A DNA stretch of 64,000 nt from Eledone cirrhosa (GCA_964016885.1 OZ024741.1:56358001-56422000); one strand, 5' to 3'; positions 44,776 through 59,125 are shown, counted from the first letter of the stretch. Notes: generated from the letters alone by a model not told the origin. Made by a program: numbers and translations.

Positions 44776-46775
44776 AATTTAGGAAAGCCCTTCAAGATGT
44801 GTATGACAAAAAAAGAAGACGATTTAGAGCCGTATGACATAGATAATAACTGGAATTTCTTATGTGACAACTTACTGCAGGCTACTGATGAAACTTGTAG
44901 CTGGAGCAAAGCTCCAACCAGACAGAGAGTGACCTGGTGGTGGAACAGCACAGTAGATGAGGCCATTAGAGACAAAAGACTAGCATGGAAGGCTTGGAAA
45001 AAGGGTGGGAGTAGAGAAGGATATACAGCCGCTAAGAGAGAAGCTAGACGTCAGGTGTACTTAGCACGCAGGAGGCTGAGAGTAGGAGGTTTGCCAATGT
45101 TCTGCGACGGGAAGATCAGTGGCGTGCGGTGTTCCACATTGCAAGGCAGTGTGTCAATGCAAATCAGGATGTTGTTGGAGATAAATGTGTCCGGAATGAT
45201 GCCGGTGTACTTAGTGTCACGAATGATCAGAAAAAGGAGGCCTGGAAATGTCATTATGAGAGACTGATGAATGTGGAGAACGAATGGGAGAGAGAGAAAT
45301 TACCCTCAGTAGATCCGACAGAGGGACCAGCTATTGAAATTGACGAATATAGGGTCCAAGAGGCGATTAAGGAAATGAAAAATAGTAAGGCTGCTGGACC
45401 GTCGGGGATAGTTGCTGAGATGCTGAAGGCATCAGGTGACGTAGGCACTAAACTGGTTGCACGCATCATCAATCAGGCTATTTATGGTGGTGTCATACCC
45501 AAAGACTGGTGCAGCAGTATTCTCATAAATTGCTACAAAAGTAAAGGGGATGCTCTGGAGAGGAGCAATTATAGGGGTATAAAACTGATAGATCGGGTTA
45601 TGAAAGTGGCAGAAAGGATATTAGCACAACTAATTAGAGAAAGGGTCAAACTAGATGAGATGCAGTTTGGTTTTGTGCCTGTGAAGAGTACAACAGATGC
45701 CCTCTTCTTGGTGAGACAATTACAAGAGAGGTTCTTAAAGAAAAATAAGCCACTATACTTAGCTTATGTTGACCTCGCGAAGGCCTTTGATAGGGTATCC
45801 CGATCTGTCATCTGGTGGTCCCTAAGGAAACTAGGTGTTGAGGAATGGCTTGTGAGGATAGTGCAAACTTTGTACAGAGGTAGTATTAGATTGTACAGAG
45901 GTCAGTAAAGTCAGGGTAGGAATGGAGTTTAGTGAGGAATTCCAGATAAAAGTAGGAGTACATCAAGGTTCGGTCCTCAGCCTGCTCTTGTTCATTATAG
46001 TCCTCCCTAGCCATAACAGAGGAGTTTAAGATTGGCTGGCCATGGGAACTTCTCTATGCTGACGATCTGGTTCTTATAGCAGAATCAGTAGAGGAGCTAG
46101 AGAATAAATTCTGGCTATGGAAACAGCAGTTGGAAGCAAGAGGACTGAGAGTGAACTTAGCTAAGACAAAAGTGTTGATGAGTAGAAAAGAGGACAAAAC
46201 TCTGATTCCGTCAGGCAAATAGCCATGTTCGATATGCAGAAAAGGAACTGGCATGAATTCTATAAAATGCACACAATGCAGATCCTGGGTACACAAGAGA
46301 TGTAGCGGGATAGCAGGCAAACTAACAGGTAGGGAGAAATACGTATGCAGTAGATGTACAGGGAAATTAGGCAGTAGAAGTCGCATTGATAGACACATTT
46401 TTCAAATGCAGGCGGGTGCTATAGAAATGATGGATAGCTTCCGGTACCTAGGAGATCAGATTAGCATGGGAGGAGGGGGGAAGGTGTTCCGAGGCCATAG
46501 TATCTAGAATAAGGACGGGTTGGAAGAAGTTTAGGGAGCTGCTTCCTCTGTTGATGAAGAAGGGTTTCTCCCTGCGTACGAAAGGCCGGTTATATGATGC
46601 CTGTGTGAGGTGAGGAGCGCGATGCTGCATGGTAGTGAGACATGGGCAGCAACTGCAGAGGATATGCGACAGCTGGAGAGAAATGAAGCAAGCATGCTCC
46701 GTTGGATGTATAATGTCAATGTGCGTGAATGACCCAGCATGAATGTGTTGAGAGAGAAACTGTCTGAGACGGATA
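44776..46775 (+). mobile_element. RTE-clade LINE fragment related to 30186-32880, frameshifted, truncated at both ends
   Basis: VTWWWNS, KAAGPSG, NYRGIKL, YADD at ~46055, CTQCRSWVHKRC, GSETW. Confidence 0.9.
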
Positions 46776-46779
46776 GAAT

Positions 46780-49700
46780 GCGCCCATGTCTGTAGAGCTT
46801 GTCTCGAACTGGTAGAGCTCCTCGGTAGCACTGCCAGGCCAGGGACTTTTGGAAGTTGTCCATTGGTCCCGGGCGGAAGGTCCTACCGAACAGACTGGCC
46901 AGTTCGTCCTCCTCTACGCCTAGAGTTTCTCCGAGCGCGTCGTCGCACTAGCTGCGGACCAACCCTCTATAGAATGTCGAAATGGAGTCTCCACTGATCG
47001 CCGAGTCCGTTTGCCAGAGGACTGTGAGCGCCTGAGCACATTCGATGTGCCAGTCGCCCATTTTCCTTGGTCAGCGAGACGAGTCGTGGGAAGGCTCGCC
47101 TCACGAACGGGGCCCACACCGGTTGTCCGATGAGGAATACGTGGAGGCGCCGCAGCCTGAGCGCGTGTTTGCGCATCGTCAGCCACGGCATCCCTAGCCC
47201 TCTGTTTGAAGGGTGTTGTCCCGGTTCCAAAGGGATGCCCTGCAATAGCTCCAACTTCCGCAGAAGGGAGGAGAGAGGACATCCCTGTCGGATGGATCGC
47301 GTGATATGGAACGGCTCCGAGAGGTAGCCGTTCACCTTGACCCTTGAGCAGATGTTGCTGCTGTGCATTGCAGCAATCCAGCCCCTGAACACGGGTCCGA
47401 AGCCTGCTGCCTCGAGCACCGCATCCAAGTAACGATGGTAAACCCTATCGAAAGCCTTAGACTGATCCAAGTTGATCAGGGCCCCACCGAAGCCAGGTTT
47501 ACACCCTACCCTCTCTATGATGTATCGCATGAGGTGGAGGTTGTCGTGTATAGACCTGGTCGGGATTGCGCATGTCTGCGCTTCTCCCACCAGGTTTTCG
47601 ACGACAAGTGCCAGCCTCTTTGCCAACACCTTGGCCAAAATCTGTAACTCTGTGTTTAGCAGAGTTATGGGCCGGGAGTTGCCTATGTCATCCCCCTTAT
47701 TCTCGTCCTTCCTGACTAACGTGACTATGCCCTTGGTCACAGAACTGGGAATTCTCCCGTTCTGCTGCCAGTTGCAGTAGACCGTTTCCAGGAGACCAGA
47801 GAACAAGCCCGGCATTACTACGTAAAGTTCGTAGGGTAGACCGTCGAGACCTGGAGATTTGCGTTTGCCGCATTGGCTCAGCGCGTCCCCTATCTCAGCG
47901 GCCGAAATCGGACTTTCGCAAAACTTCGCCTCGCTGTCCGAGAGTCGCGGTGGGCTGTCGAGGTATGGACCGAAATCCATAGCCCCTCCCGGCGCGCCGC
48001 CCTGCCCGAACAGTTGAGCAAAGGGCCGCTGAAAGGCCGCGCACATCTGCTTCGGCTCACGTATCACGCGTCCGTCTTGGTCCTTCAAAGACCGAATCGT
48101 TGACTTGTTGCCACTTTTCGCCTCCGTCACTCGGGCCAAGCTTTGGCTCCCTCGTTTCCCAGAGCACGTATTTTGCTTCTGACAACGCAGCCTTCATGCT
48201 TTGCGTCGAAGAACTGGTCCAAGGCCGTTCTCGTCGCTAGCACGCTAGGTACGTTGCCTCTTCTACTTTATCTACCAGTTCCTTTTCGGTTTTAGTTCTA
48301 TCTAACACTAATTCTTTACTAAAACCTATCGAGTCTAATCTAACTGCCCTCTTGAGAGAGTACCACCATCTGTTGTTGACAATGGCCCCCGTCAAGTGTT
48401 GCTTAACTAAAGTGCTAATCCGTCTACTGTAGGCTTTGCATGTCAGTAACGACAAGTTCAGCTTCCAGTAGCCGGGTCCCTGTCTATGGGTTTTGTCAAG
48501 GTTGACTAAGCAGGTCACTAATTTATGATCTGAATAGGCAACTATGAACATTTGTGGACAGCTTAACATGTCCCTATCCTTCTTTCTAACTAGAACCCTA
48601 TCTAGGTACGATCTAGATGTTCCGCTACGATTAGTCCACGTCCACAGTGGCACAGTCGGAAAATCTAGTCAATATCTATCGGCCAGGTCAAATCGGCCGA
48701 TTAACTGTTTGAGACTGTTACACCCCCATCTATCTGGACATGCTCCCACATAGTCCCAACGTGCATCTAGGATTCCATTCCAGTCCCCCACTAACAGCAG
48801 GGAGTGGGACGTTCCCAGAAAAGTCTCTAGACGTTTGAAGAAGTCTGGCCGCGGTGTCCCGGGTGGGGCATATGCGGCCACCAGCCTGAAGGCTCCACCT
48901 TCACTACCGTCAACGTCTAGGACCAACAGTCGACCCTCCGGGTCCAGATGTACCGTCTCTGTTACGAGGTCCAGGTGTTTCCGCAGGAAAACGGCAACCC
49001 CACCCCCACCCACACCTCCCGGCTGACAGAGAGAATCGTAGATCTCAAAGTCGTCGAAGATGGGGGCCAGTTGTCGCTCGATGTGGATCCTGGACTCGCA
49101 AATGGCTACTACATCCATACTGTGCGACCTGAGTTCGTTTAAGAGTTTGCCCTGTTTCCAGGGCATCCACAAGCCGCGTACATTCACACATCCAACTCTT
49201 ATATTGGCCATGTTGGTGCTAAAAAGTTAAAAGAAATCACTCACCTCTTCGTCTCCTGGGGACCAGGCTGCACAATTTCCATGGGGGTGTTGGAGGGATT
49301 GTTTGATGGGGTGGTGGTCTCTGGCGGCGTGGGGACGGAGATGTTTGGTGGGGAGGGATGTCTGGTGGGATGGGGTGGGGGCGGAGAAACATTTTAACAG
49401 GACTCGATTGTAGGGTTTGACGCAGGGGCTACCTACGTCGTTAGGAAATTTTTCTTTTAACTGTTTATGTGTGTCCATGGAGGTCCTAATCATTTTAAGA
49501 TTAGGATTCTCCGAAGAGTGTGTAAAAGTTTTCCCTTCGGTCTCCACCGAAGGGTTTTTATATATGGTGTCTGTTAAAGTTTTATTGTTAGCATTTATGT
49601 AGGTGTAATATTTTTGTTGTGTTGCTTTTTGTCTGTGGTTCTTGTGTGTGTTTACGTTTTGTAGTAGGTGTTTTATTTTCAGGAGGAGGTGTTTTTGTTT

Positions 49701-50757
49701 GTGCTGTTTGCGTCGCTTGTATTGGTGTTTGTGTGTTTGTTGCATTTTTGTTTGTGTTATGTCTTTTCTTTTTTCTTTTTACTGGTCGGAAAGGCTCTCC
49801 CTCATCGTCACTGGGTGACGATGATGAGGCCTCATCCATGTTGTTGGGGAGGGGTACATTTTGGGGAGTTGTTATCTGTGTGGGTATTTTATGGAGTTGT
49901 TTTAGGTGGGGAGGGGTTGGGTGGAACTGTGTTTGTCGTTTATTTTGTTTCACTATTTTTTTTTATGTTGTTGTTGTTGTTGTTGTTGTTGTGGTGGTGG
50001 TGGTGATTGTTGTGCTGGTGTTGCAGGTGTTGGCAGTAGTGCCTTTTTTTGGCTAGTTAGCCGAGGACAGGAAGCTCTCAGGTGACCCCTGCTTAAGCAG
50101 TGGTAACATGAGGGCCGCCTACCCTCGACCGAAATGTTTATGTATATAAGCCCATCCAGCAACACACGTTCCGGGATCCTAGCTATTCGTTCTGGTGTCA
50201 TTTGGACCAGAACTTCCAGGCTAGTTCCGCTGAACAGGTCGCCGGAGGACTTACCTACCGATATTATATAGTCTTTTTAAGGACTTACCTACCGATATTA
50301 TATAGTCTTCTAAGGTGGTAGATTGGCAGTATCGGTAGAGGGTAGGACGCCATGCTTTGAAGCATAGAGTTACCTCCCTTGTATGATCTAAGTTCAAATC
50401 CCGCCGAGGTTAACTTTGCCTTTCATCCTTCCGGGGTCGATAAAATAAAGTACCAGTATTGCACTGGGTAATTGCTGGCCTTGTGCCCAAAGTAGAAACA
50501 ATTATATAGTCTTTTTCGAGGTTTAAAAATCCACATAGTACCCACCAAATATCAATATTTGGTGTGATACTTTGGATTTTTATTTTCTGTGTTCTTTTCC
50601 CCATGTAAGTGTGGAAAAAGGTGAACAGCGGTGACACAATTGGCGACACAGAATATTTCTGTGCCGTCAATTGGTCTTTCATTAGAATGGATAAACTCCC
50701 GTAGAGTCTACCCTTCTGAATAAAAGCAATGTCTTTTAAGGCATTTTTTAAAGCCAT
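46780..50757 (-). mobile_element. L1/Tx1-clade LINE copy 3 (divergent subfamily), decayed, with internal and 3' deletions and a SINE in ORF1
   Basis: ORF1 ISVEGRRPSCYHCLSRGHLRASC; ORF2 from ATG 49211 (VNVRGL, GDWN, KSPGLDGLP, IRQGCPLS); deletion junction near 47220. Confidence 0.9.
50312..50500 (+). mobile_element. SINE family A copy inserted in Tx1 copy 3 ORF1
   Basis: Flanked by attatatagtctt; adjacent ~33-bp local duplication at 50247-50310. Confidence 0.87.
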
Positions 50758-50761
50758 ACAA

Positions 50762-53700
50762 AGATAGATAGATATATTTCTTTATTAGCCACAGGGGCAC
50801 AAAAGAAGGGGACAAATACAAAGGGGGAAGTTTACATACAATAAAAACGTGTAAAATGTTATCACAAATGGAATTTAAAAAGTTAGTCGATTTTCCCCAA
50901 TAGAGGGAGACAGTTTATATGGGTAACACATACCCCCGAAAAAACTGTGCAACTCTCATCTCCAGGAGTACGAAGAGTTTGTACTCCTTTCCTCTCCTCC
51001 TCCTTTTCATCAACCTACAGGCTGATATAGAGAGAAGGCCCATTCACTCGGACCATTCTCGCCACTTTCACCCACCTTTCATAAAAATTGCTGGGGCACA
51101 GCACCTCTCTCTCCATCCTGATTCTTCTTCCAAAGTGGTATTTGAAAAAAAGAATCAGTTGTTGGCCGGAGAGAAAGGTGTCTGACCTCAGCCCTTTCAA
51201 CCTTGTCCACCATACAACCTCTTTCGCCATAGCTATCACACAAAGGAAACCCGCCTCTCCTTCGTTTTTGAAGGAGGGTGGCGGTTTGATCATGACAATG
51301 GACTCGGTGGTCAACTGGATTGGTCCCACCCGTGACAGCAGTTGTGTGTAGTTCAACAGGTCGGTTACGCCCGGGCAGTATACAATTGCGTGCAAGACGG
51401 TTTCAATGTCCTGCTCGCATCTTGGACACGTCCTCTTGGAAGGATCCCTGCTGGGGCGTCCGTGCCTGTAGATCTTATCTCGAACTGGTAGAGCTTCTCG
51501 GTAGCACTGCCAGGTCAGAGAACTCTGGAAGTTGTTCATAGGTCCCGGGCGGAAAGTCCTACCAAACCGACTGGTGAGTTCGTCGTCTTCGACGCTTAGA
51601 GTCTCTCCGAGCACGTCGTCGCCCTTGTGACGTACTAACCCTCTATAGAATGTCGAAGTGGAGTCTCCACTGATTGCTGTGCCCGCTTGACAGAGGACTG
51701 TGAGCGCCTGAGCGCATTCAATTTGCCAGACGCCCATCTTCTTCGGTCTCCGCTTGACCCCGGACTGCAGCTCCGTCAGCGAGACAAGTTGCGGGAAGGC
51801 CTGTCTCACAAACGGTACCCACACCGGTTACTTGTACTTGTACTTGTACTTGTGTCGACATTCACCCTAGACGGGTTGAGCCGGCTTCTTCCCTTGTCCT
51901 GACGGCATCCCGAACCATGGCAGCCCAAGCACGATGGTCCCGGGCTAGGTCACTGGAGATAGCGAGCCAGTCACGGTTTCATCAGCGCAGGCCGACCACC
52001 TGCGGACCTGAGAGTTCGGAGAGGTCTTCCTTGATCGTCGTTGCACAGGTCTTCAGCTGCCTGCCAACGCGCTTGCGCCAGTTAAGGAGTGGAGGTGGGA
52101 GGAGAACATCGCGGATCAGCTCACCCTCACGGCCCGGGCTGCGTGACCAAACCATCTTAAGCGCCGTTGCAGAAGCACTGAAGGAAGGGGTCGAAGATTC
52201 AGGTGAAGACGAAGACTGGCGGTAGGAACCCGATCAACGCATCGGCAGCGAAGAATGCGGCGGAGACAGTCATTGTCGATGACCACCAGCCCCCGTTAAT
52301 CGACCACCCTCATAGGCCATGTTTCAGAGCCATAGAGGAGGATAGTGCAAACGACGGCCTGGTAGATTCGCCCTTTGGTCGCCGAGGTGATCTCTCTTCT
52401 GTCCCACAGACATCGCTGGAGGCGCTCAAAAGTGGATCTGGCAGCACCTATGCGACGCTTGACCTCGGCTGCGCCCTGTCCCGTTGGAACCACTGTTGAT
52501 CCCAGGTAAACGAAGGACTCCACATCCTCCAGGTCCACGCCCTCGAGAGATATTGGCTGCCAGGCATCAGGCGAAACCAGTGACGTCATGACTTTCGACT
52601 TGGCGGCATTGATTCGTAGACCAACAGCAGCGGCTGCAGTGTGCACCATTTCGAGAGCACATTGTACAACTGTCCTGTTAGCGCCCTTCAGCACGATGTC
52701 ATCCGCGTAGGCCAGGTCCGTCACCACGACCCCTCTCCCTACCTCTACGCCCGGGTAATCCCGGAGAGCTGTGTTGAGAGTGTAGTCAATGGCGTAGTTA
52801 AAGAGAGTTGGCGATAGCGCACACCCCTGCCGAACACCGGTTCCAACATCGAACGACTCCGTCTCCCCACCATAGACTCTCACTCGAGCCCGAGTCGACC
52901 GGTAGTAGCCTTGTATGAGACGAAGCGGCTTCACTGGGATGCCGTCCTCCTGCATTATACGCCATGGGGCTTCCCGATCTACCGAATCGAAGGCAGCTGC
53001 AAAGTCGATGAAGCAGAGGACGGTAGGCTGTTGATGTGCCCACCGTTGTTCCAGGACTCCCCGGAGATTGAAGATTTGATCAACGCACTCCCTCCCCGGA
53101 CGGAAGCCGCCCTGAGAAGGACGGGTACGGACATTACGGATGGCCTGGAACCTCTCCAGCAGAAGAATTGCGAAGGTCTTGGCAGCAACGTCAATTAAAC
53201 TGATACCACTGTAGTTGGAACACAGTTTCCTGTTGCTCTTTTTGAAGAAGGGTAGGAGAGTTGCCTCGCTCCAGTCACCATAGAACCGCTACGTCGCCCA
53301 CACAGAGGAGAAGACTTGATGTGAGCCAAGTTGCGAAGACATCAGGCTCGGCCTTGTAGACCTCAGCTGGAACGCCACCCTCGCCCGGCGCCTTTTTGTT
53401 TCGAAGATGTGTCAGGACACCACGCACCTCCTCGACCGTTGGGGGGGGGGGGGGGCAGTGCTGCACCTGTATTCTTCTCCGGAAGGCTGCACGTAGGTTG
53501 GCGGGGATGGTGGCGGGTGGTTGAGCAATTCGGAGAAATGGTCCCGCCATCGGACTAGCCGGTCATTAAGATTGGTAATGACGGATCACAGATCGTCTTG
53601 CTGATACCCGTACTGCTTCGGCTGGCCCGCTTCATCAGTTGGTAGATTTTGCGCGAGTCACCACAGGCTGCTGCCCTCCCCGTCTGCTCCGCAAACTCGC

Positions 53701-55579
53701 GCCAGTGTGCATTCTGATCGGCCCGAATAGCCCGAGATGTGCGACGTCAGAGATATCGAAGATTGGGTGCACCCTCGAGTCAGGCCACTCTCGCCCTCTC
53801 CGTGAGTTCAAGAGTGCCGCCGGAGGTCCAGTCCCGATGGGTCTTTGGGTCAACCCGAGATGCTCCCTGGCCACCTCAACCGTCGCCGCCTTGAGCGCGT
53901 TCCACTCCTGCTCCGGTTGCTGTTCCACTTCGTTACTCAGCATTTGGAATCGGTTTCGCAGCTCTAGCCGGAAAGCATTTCCAGCATCGAGCTTGAGTTG
54001 CGAGATATCGATCCTTTTCTGGCGGTTGGGGGGAGGTTTCGCCCGCAGCCGCAGAAGAAGGGTTGCTCGAACAAGAGTATGGTCTGACCCATGCTCACTG
54101 CCCGTATCAGCCCCCCTGATACGCACACGAGTCCATCACTGAGTTGGCCCACCGAGATCTGACCAGGATGTAGTCATTGGATCGCCACGTGACGAGGTGA
54201 CGCCGAGGATGTTGGAACCGGGTGTTGGTGACGATAAGACGATTGGCATCCGCGAAGGACACGAGCCGTTCACCATTGTCACAGCGTACGCCTAGGGCGA
54301 AGCGTCCTAGAATATGCCGTGTTGTATCATTAGCCGGCCCCGTCCGCGCATTCCAGTCCCCAGCGACAATGAGAACATCACTGGAGGGGACGCCAGCCAC
54401 GGTTGTTTGGAGATCGGCATAAAACTGCGTCTTGTCCGCCTCGTCCGCATTGAGTGTGGGAGCGTAGACGGCAATTATGCTGACGTTGGAGATTTGACCC
54501 TTCAATCGAACCAGCGCGAATCGATGTGAGATCGGCTGCCACGCCAGCAGAGCCGCTTGCGCGTCGGGGCTGAGCGCTACAGCGACCCCGTGAAGGCCAC
54601 TGTTGTCAGTCACGCTACTATGGTACAAGTGGTAGGAGATGTCCTCGCCAGGAACTTTGATTGGAGGATGACCAACATCGGGAAGTCAAACTTCTGAAAG
54701 GCAAGCGACACTAACGCAGTACCTGTGCAGAGCCTTCATTGTAAGTGCCTGGACACCGTCGTCACGAAGTGTTCGGACGTTCCAGCACGCCACCCTCAAT
54801 TCCTTCCTTCGTCTGAAGAGCGGGACTACTGCGGGAGTAGTCTGTAGAGCCATAGCGGTAGGAGTGCTGTTGCTTTGCATTGCTTTCGTAGCGGGAAGGC
54901 AATTCGTATTCATAGTTCGTATTTGTAGGATTCATGGAAGAAGTGCCATGGGAGTAGTGAATTCACAAGCGGTCCCCCCAAAACCCGCATGTATATCCCG
55001 AACGAGGGGGAAAAAAACGTCCTGTTTGTCGCAGATTCTCCACAGACGCAAAAACAGAAACGACCCGAAGCTGCCGGTTACCGGAGCAGACACCTCTTGG
55101 ATTTTCACCAGAGCCCCTTTTGTCGGGTTGCGGCCCTAATACCGCTGGGTGCCAGACCAATACGCCTTGGGTGGCCCTACTAGGAACCGAAGTTCCCGAC
55201 GGCATAGCTCTGACACTACCCGCTGCCACCGCCCTGCCACGTTGAGGAGGGGTTGGACTTTAGGTTGGTCGGTGAGGAATACATGGAGATGCCGTAGCCT
55301 CAGCGCATGTTTGCGCATCATCAGCTATGGCATTCCCAGCCTCCCGTTGGAAGAGTGCTGACAGTAGACGGATCTCCTCACCAGTGGAGCCTGCTTCTTC
55401 CAAAAGAATTGGAAGAGCATGCGTTGCATCTTGGTGAGGTGTTCACGGGGACAAGGCACGACGGACGCTATGAAAGTGTTCGCCACCTCCGCTCGACCTT
55501 TCAAGGATAGTTTGCACTCTGCCCACTTCTGGGTGAACGCAAATACCTTGGCCGTGACCTCGTTCCAGTTTTTCTCCAT
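50762..55579 (-). mobile_element. L1/Tx1-clade LINE copy 4, 5'-truncated, split by an RTE insertion
   Basis: ORF2 C-terminal pieces 55263-55579 (...HVFLTDQP) and 51015-51830 (VWVPFVRQAFP...) join seamlessly; AATAAA followed by a (TATC)n tail. Confidence 0.88.
51831..55262 (-). mobile_element. RTE-clade LINE of a second family, full-length, decayed, (CAAGTA)n tail
   Basis: 5'UTR; APE (WNVRTL, LSEV, VYAPT, GDWNA, SDH); RT (KAPG, GVRQGC, YADD, YLGS, LLYGSETW); short GGTT duplication at the junctions. Confidence 0.9.
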
Positions 55580-55784
55580 AGATAGATAGATAAACAGATA
55601 AATAGAAAGACAGATCGACAGACAGAGACAGATAGATAATAGATAAGTAGATATAGTTAGACAGAAGAGGTATATAGATATACATGCAGACAGATAAACT
55701 GACAGGTAGACAATTAAGACAATTAGCTAGATAGATATATCATGCAGATAAATAAATAAATATATAGATAGATATATAGATATA

Positions 55785-56035
55785 TCAGGAACGGTGGAAA
55801 CATTTCTGAATTGCGGGGGGGGGGGGGGTAAATTTGGTCAATTTAGTTGTGATTAGTTTAGCTGTTATTAAATATCAACCAAGATATAAAAAAAAACCTT
55901 CGATATGCGATAATCATAACACATACATAAATTGTAGCGCATATACAAATAGATGTGTGCGTTGGTAGTTTGGGAAGAAAATACATAATTATTCGAAGGA
56001 GGCATGCTCCCATCCCCCCAGTTCCACCGCCACTG
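55785..56035. mobile_element. Possible MITE with imperfect terminal inverted repeats in TA context
   Basis: caggaacggtggaa ... gttccaccgccactg. Confidence 0.4.
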
Positions 56036-56379
56036 TATATAGAGAGAAGTTAGATAGATAAAAAAAAAAGAAATCGTTTGTAACTGAAGGGAAATAACTG
56101 TATATTCAACCTCTGCAATAAATTGTTTTTATTTCCCTTTTACGATAGCAAAACCAGAGGAATCTGACAAAACGCAATGTTGCACATCAGTGAATAGTAA
56201 CAACAAAATATTCATGAAGTGGAAAATTTTACTTTGGTGTGAGGAAGAAAAATAGTTTAATGTTTTAGATTGTCTGGAAGAGAAACGTTAGACTTCGCTT
56301 CTTCTTCATGACAAAACAACTTATCCCTGTTTGTGTTGTTTTTACCTTTTATTGACGTATCCACAAACCCATTTTCACT

Positions 56380-57850
56380 CAGCCTAAACGCAACAGTGAA
56401 GAAACAGCTAACATTTCACTAATCGAGCACTTCCCTCCACAATTCTCTGAACGAAACTCAGTTCTGTTGTCCATCAACAGCTCAGCCATAGGGCCCCATT
56501 CCAGGGATATTTCGTCCAGGACATCCGAAATTTCACCTGTAATCTCCACCTTGATTTCCATCCACATTGCCATTTGCCCTGTTACGCAGACGACCATCAA
56601 GGGAAATACTTCCTGCCGGTAGTGTTACACATACTGTCAATCTTTTCCATTTGCTTTCTATCCGAACATTCCCCATTTTATACACACTCGGTACATTGTG
56701 GATGAACTGACACCTATCGCTGCTCCCAACCACTTTTCAAACGCTCACCCTGGTGACATCTGAATCGATTCTCCAGGCTAGAAATAGGGTCCTATCCATT
56801 CCCATGTGCGGTGTCCTTAGTTTCAGGTCACATAACCGGCACACTGTCGCCAACCCACTCCGAATCTTCTGGCACTTCAAAAAAGGTTCTTTTCACCCTG
56901 ACGAGAACATCGAAAGACCACGTGTAACTTCAGGTTGAATATGGAACTGCAAATATGCTGACTTCAAATCGACAATTGTGGAAGCTTCCATCATCTGCCT
57001 CCATCCACTCTCACAGTCTTCTCACAAGACACCTGTAGCTTCGCCACCTATGTGACATGCATTCACCTCTCAGAAGTCCAGTACCAGCCTGACTTTATTT
57101 TTTGTTGGCTGAACTACTGTTATCACTGCAGCACTCTGCCCTTCACCCCCTTCTTCCAGGGCATCAGAATACCCCACTTGATCCATCTTACCACCTCTCA
57201 TTTGAACTCGTCCCCGGTACCCACTTTTAGGGTATGTTCATTGCAACTCACCTTTTTCTCAACGCCTGGGTACTTCCAGTACTGCTCAAATATTCACGGC
57301 TCGCCGTCGAACACAGTTTGGAAGTCTTTGAACTCAATTCTGTGCGCAGCATTCCTTTTTCCAGGGCCCTCCCCACTCTCATACCGCACGCTCACGGCGC
57401 ATGGTCCTCCGTCCCACCAAATGCTACCCGTTTTGCACTGACTGTAACGCCTCCCAGCCAGCCGATCATGTCAATCACTACATCAATACCATCCACAACA
57501 TAATCGCTTGCAACCTTGTTCATATTCTCTGTACCAGTACCTCTATTTAGTAATACCTTTACATCTAGCCTCCTTCCCGTCAACTGCCCTTATACTAATC
57601 ATACCGATCCAGCTATTAACCACTTCTAGGGTTACTAGTGTTATTGTGAAGACCGTATCTATGAGGGTTCTCGACACCCACCCCTCCACCAGAACCTCCA
57701 CTTCAGGCAGCGAATGCAAGAGCACATCTACTCAATTCTCGGGATTGCTCCCTACTATCGGTTGCTGCTCCGTGCTGTTAGTTTCTGCAGTTGTTACTGC
57801 CGCAAAGTTCTGATCGCCGCACAACGTCGACACACGAGCTCTAGTCACCA
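56380..57850 (-). pseudogene. Heavily deleted Gypsy-type pol remnant (protease, RT and integrase pieces)
   Basis: LPEVEVLVEG..LIDT (protease-like); IVDLKSAYLQ at ~56950-56980 (RT-like); ELLMDNRTEFRS (integrase-like). Confidence 0.6.
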
Positions 57851-58860
57851 ATTTTTCCGAGATTGTCGCTTCGTTGCCCGGTGACTACTGCAGCCACACT
57901 GATTGGGGAAGCCATTGATAAACGTTATCTTCACTGCTATTTTCAATGCTTCTCTGGTCTTCTTAATGAATCCGGCCTATCCAGCCAAACTCCGGACTTC
58001 CGTCATGTTCACATCCACTTGCTCTCCTCTCCATTTCACTTTTCCTAGCTGGGAGATATTAAAAACAATATAAAAAACAAACAAACAAACAAAAGAAAAC
58101 AACAAATTAGTAAGGCATTACATCGAAATAGCTTGTAAATGAAAAACGTAAAACCTCTTACACCTTTCTGCTCCTCCTCGAAAACTTCCCTATTGTCTAA
58201 CAGCGTATCATATATAGCAATTATTTGTATGGTCGTGTTGGTGGTGAGTTGTGTTGTGGATACGTTTGTTACGTGCGTGCTCACTTGCTGTAGCTGCTTG
58301 TGTCGTGTGGTCACTGTTGTGTTATACAGTGTGACTAGAGGTTGCATTTGTGCAGTTAAGTGAATAAGTGTGTAACGGAATACTATGTGTGGTTGTAACG
58401 ACAAGTGGATGGATGGATGTAAGTGTTGGTATGGTGGTTTCAGTGTAAATAAAAATACCAGGAGTGTTGTTACAAAGTTTATTTTATTACAATAATATTC
58501 AATTTGAATATTGAATGATAAAATAATTGACACAAAATATTCATACAATAATTTGGTGGCTCTTCGAGCCACGTAAATTCAAATATCACAGAATACGATT
58601 ATAATATGTGTAAACAGAAATGAATGATGCGTGTACAAATGTTGGACTCACTGTGAATTGCGTGTGTGCGGCGTATCAGTATATTTACTTATTTGTATTG
58701 TAGGAGTCAGCGATCAGCCAGGAAGGTGGGAATAAGTGGTAGACTGGTTTTCGTGACGAGAGCTTGTAAATGAGACTCGTCTTGTCTGTATCCACTGCTT
58801 TTCTGTTTTTGGCGTAAACAATCCCTCTATTTATAAGAGTTGAAGTTAGAAGGATAGATA

Positions 58861-59124
58861 TGTAGTGGCTGAGATGGTCGCTTGGCAACTAGCAGTTGCC
58901 TCCCCTTAACAACCCTTCAGAGAGCGGAGGCAAAAATACACCCGGACACAGCCACAGGTTCACTCACTCTTTTTGGACCACGGACATGAACAGACGTGGA
59001 AAGATCCGCTCCTCAAAATATTGACGTTGTAGGAAATTTACTAAATTATTGCATTAAATAAAATGATTGTTAGACTTGATTGTTCATTTATTTATTCGAC
59101 AAAGAGAAACATCCCTTTCCTTTA
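58861..59124 (+). repeat. 5' LTR
   Basis: tgtagtggct...cctttccttta; preceded by GATA. Confidence 0.93.
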
Positions 59125-59125
59125 T

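Noticed and set aside
58045-58572. 175-aa ORF upstream of the Gypsy LTR
   Set aside because: No recognisable motif, low-complexity composition and no splice support.
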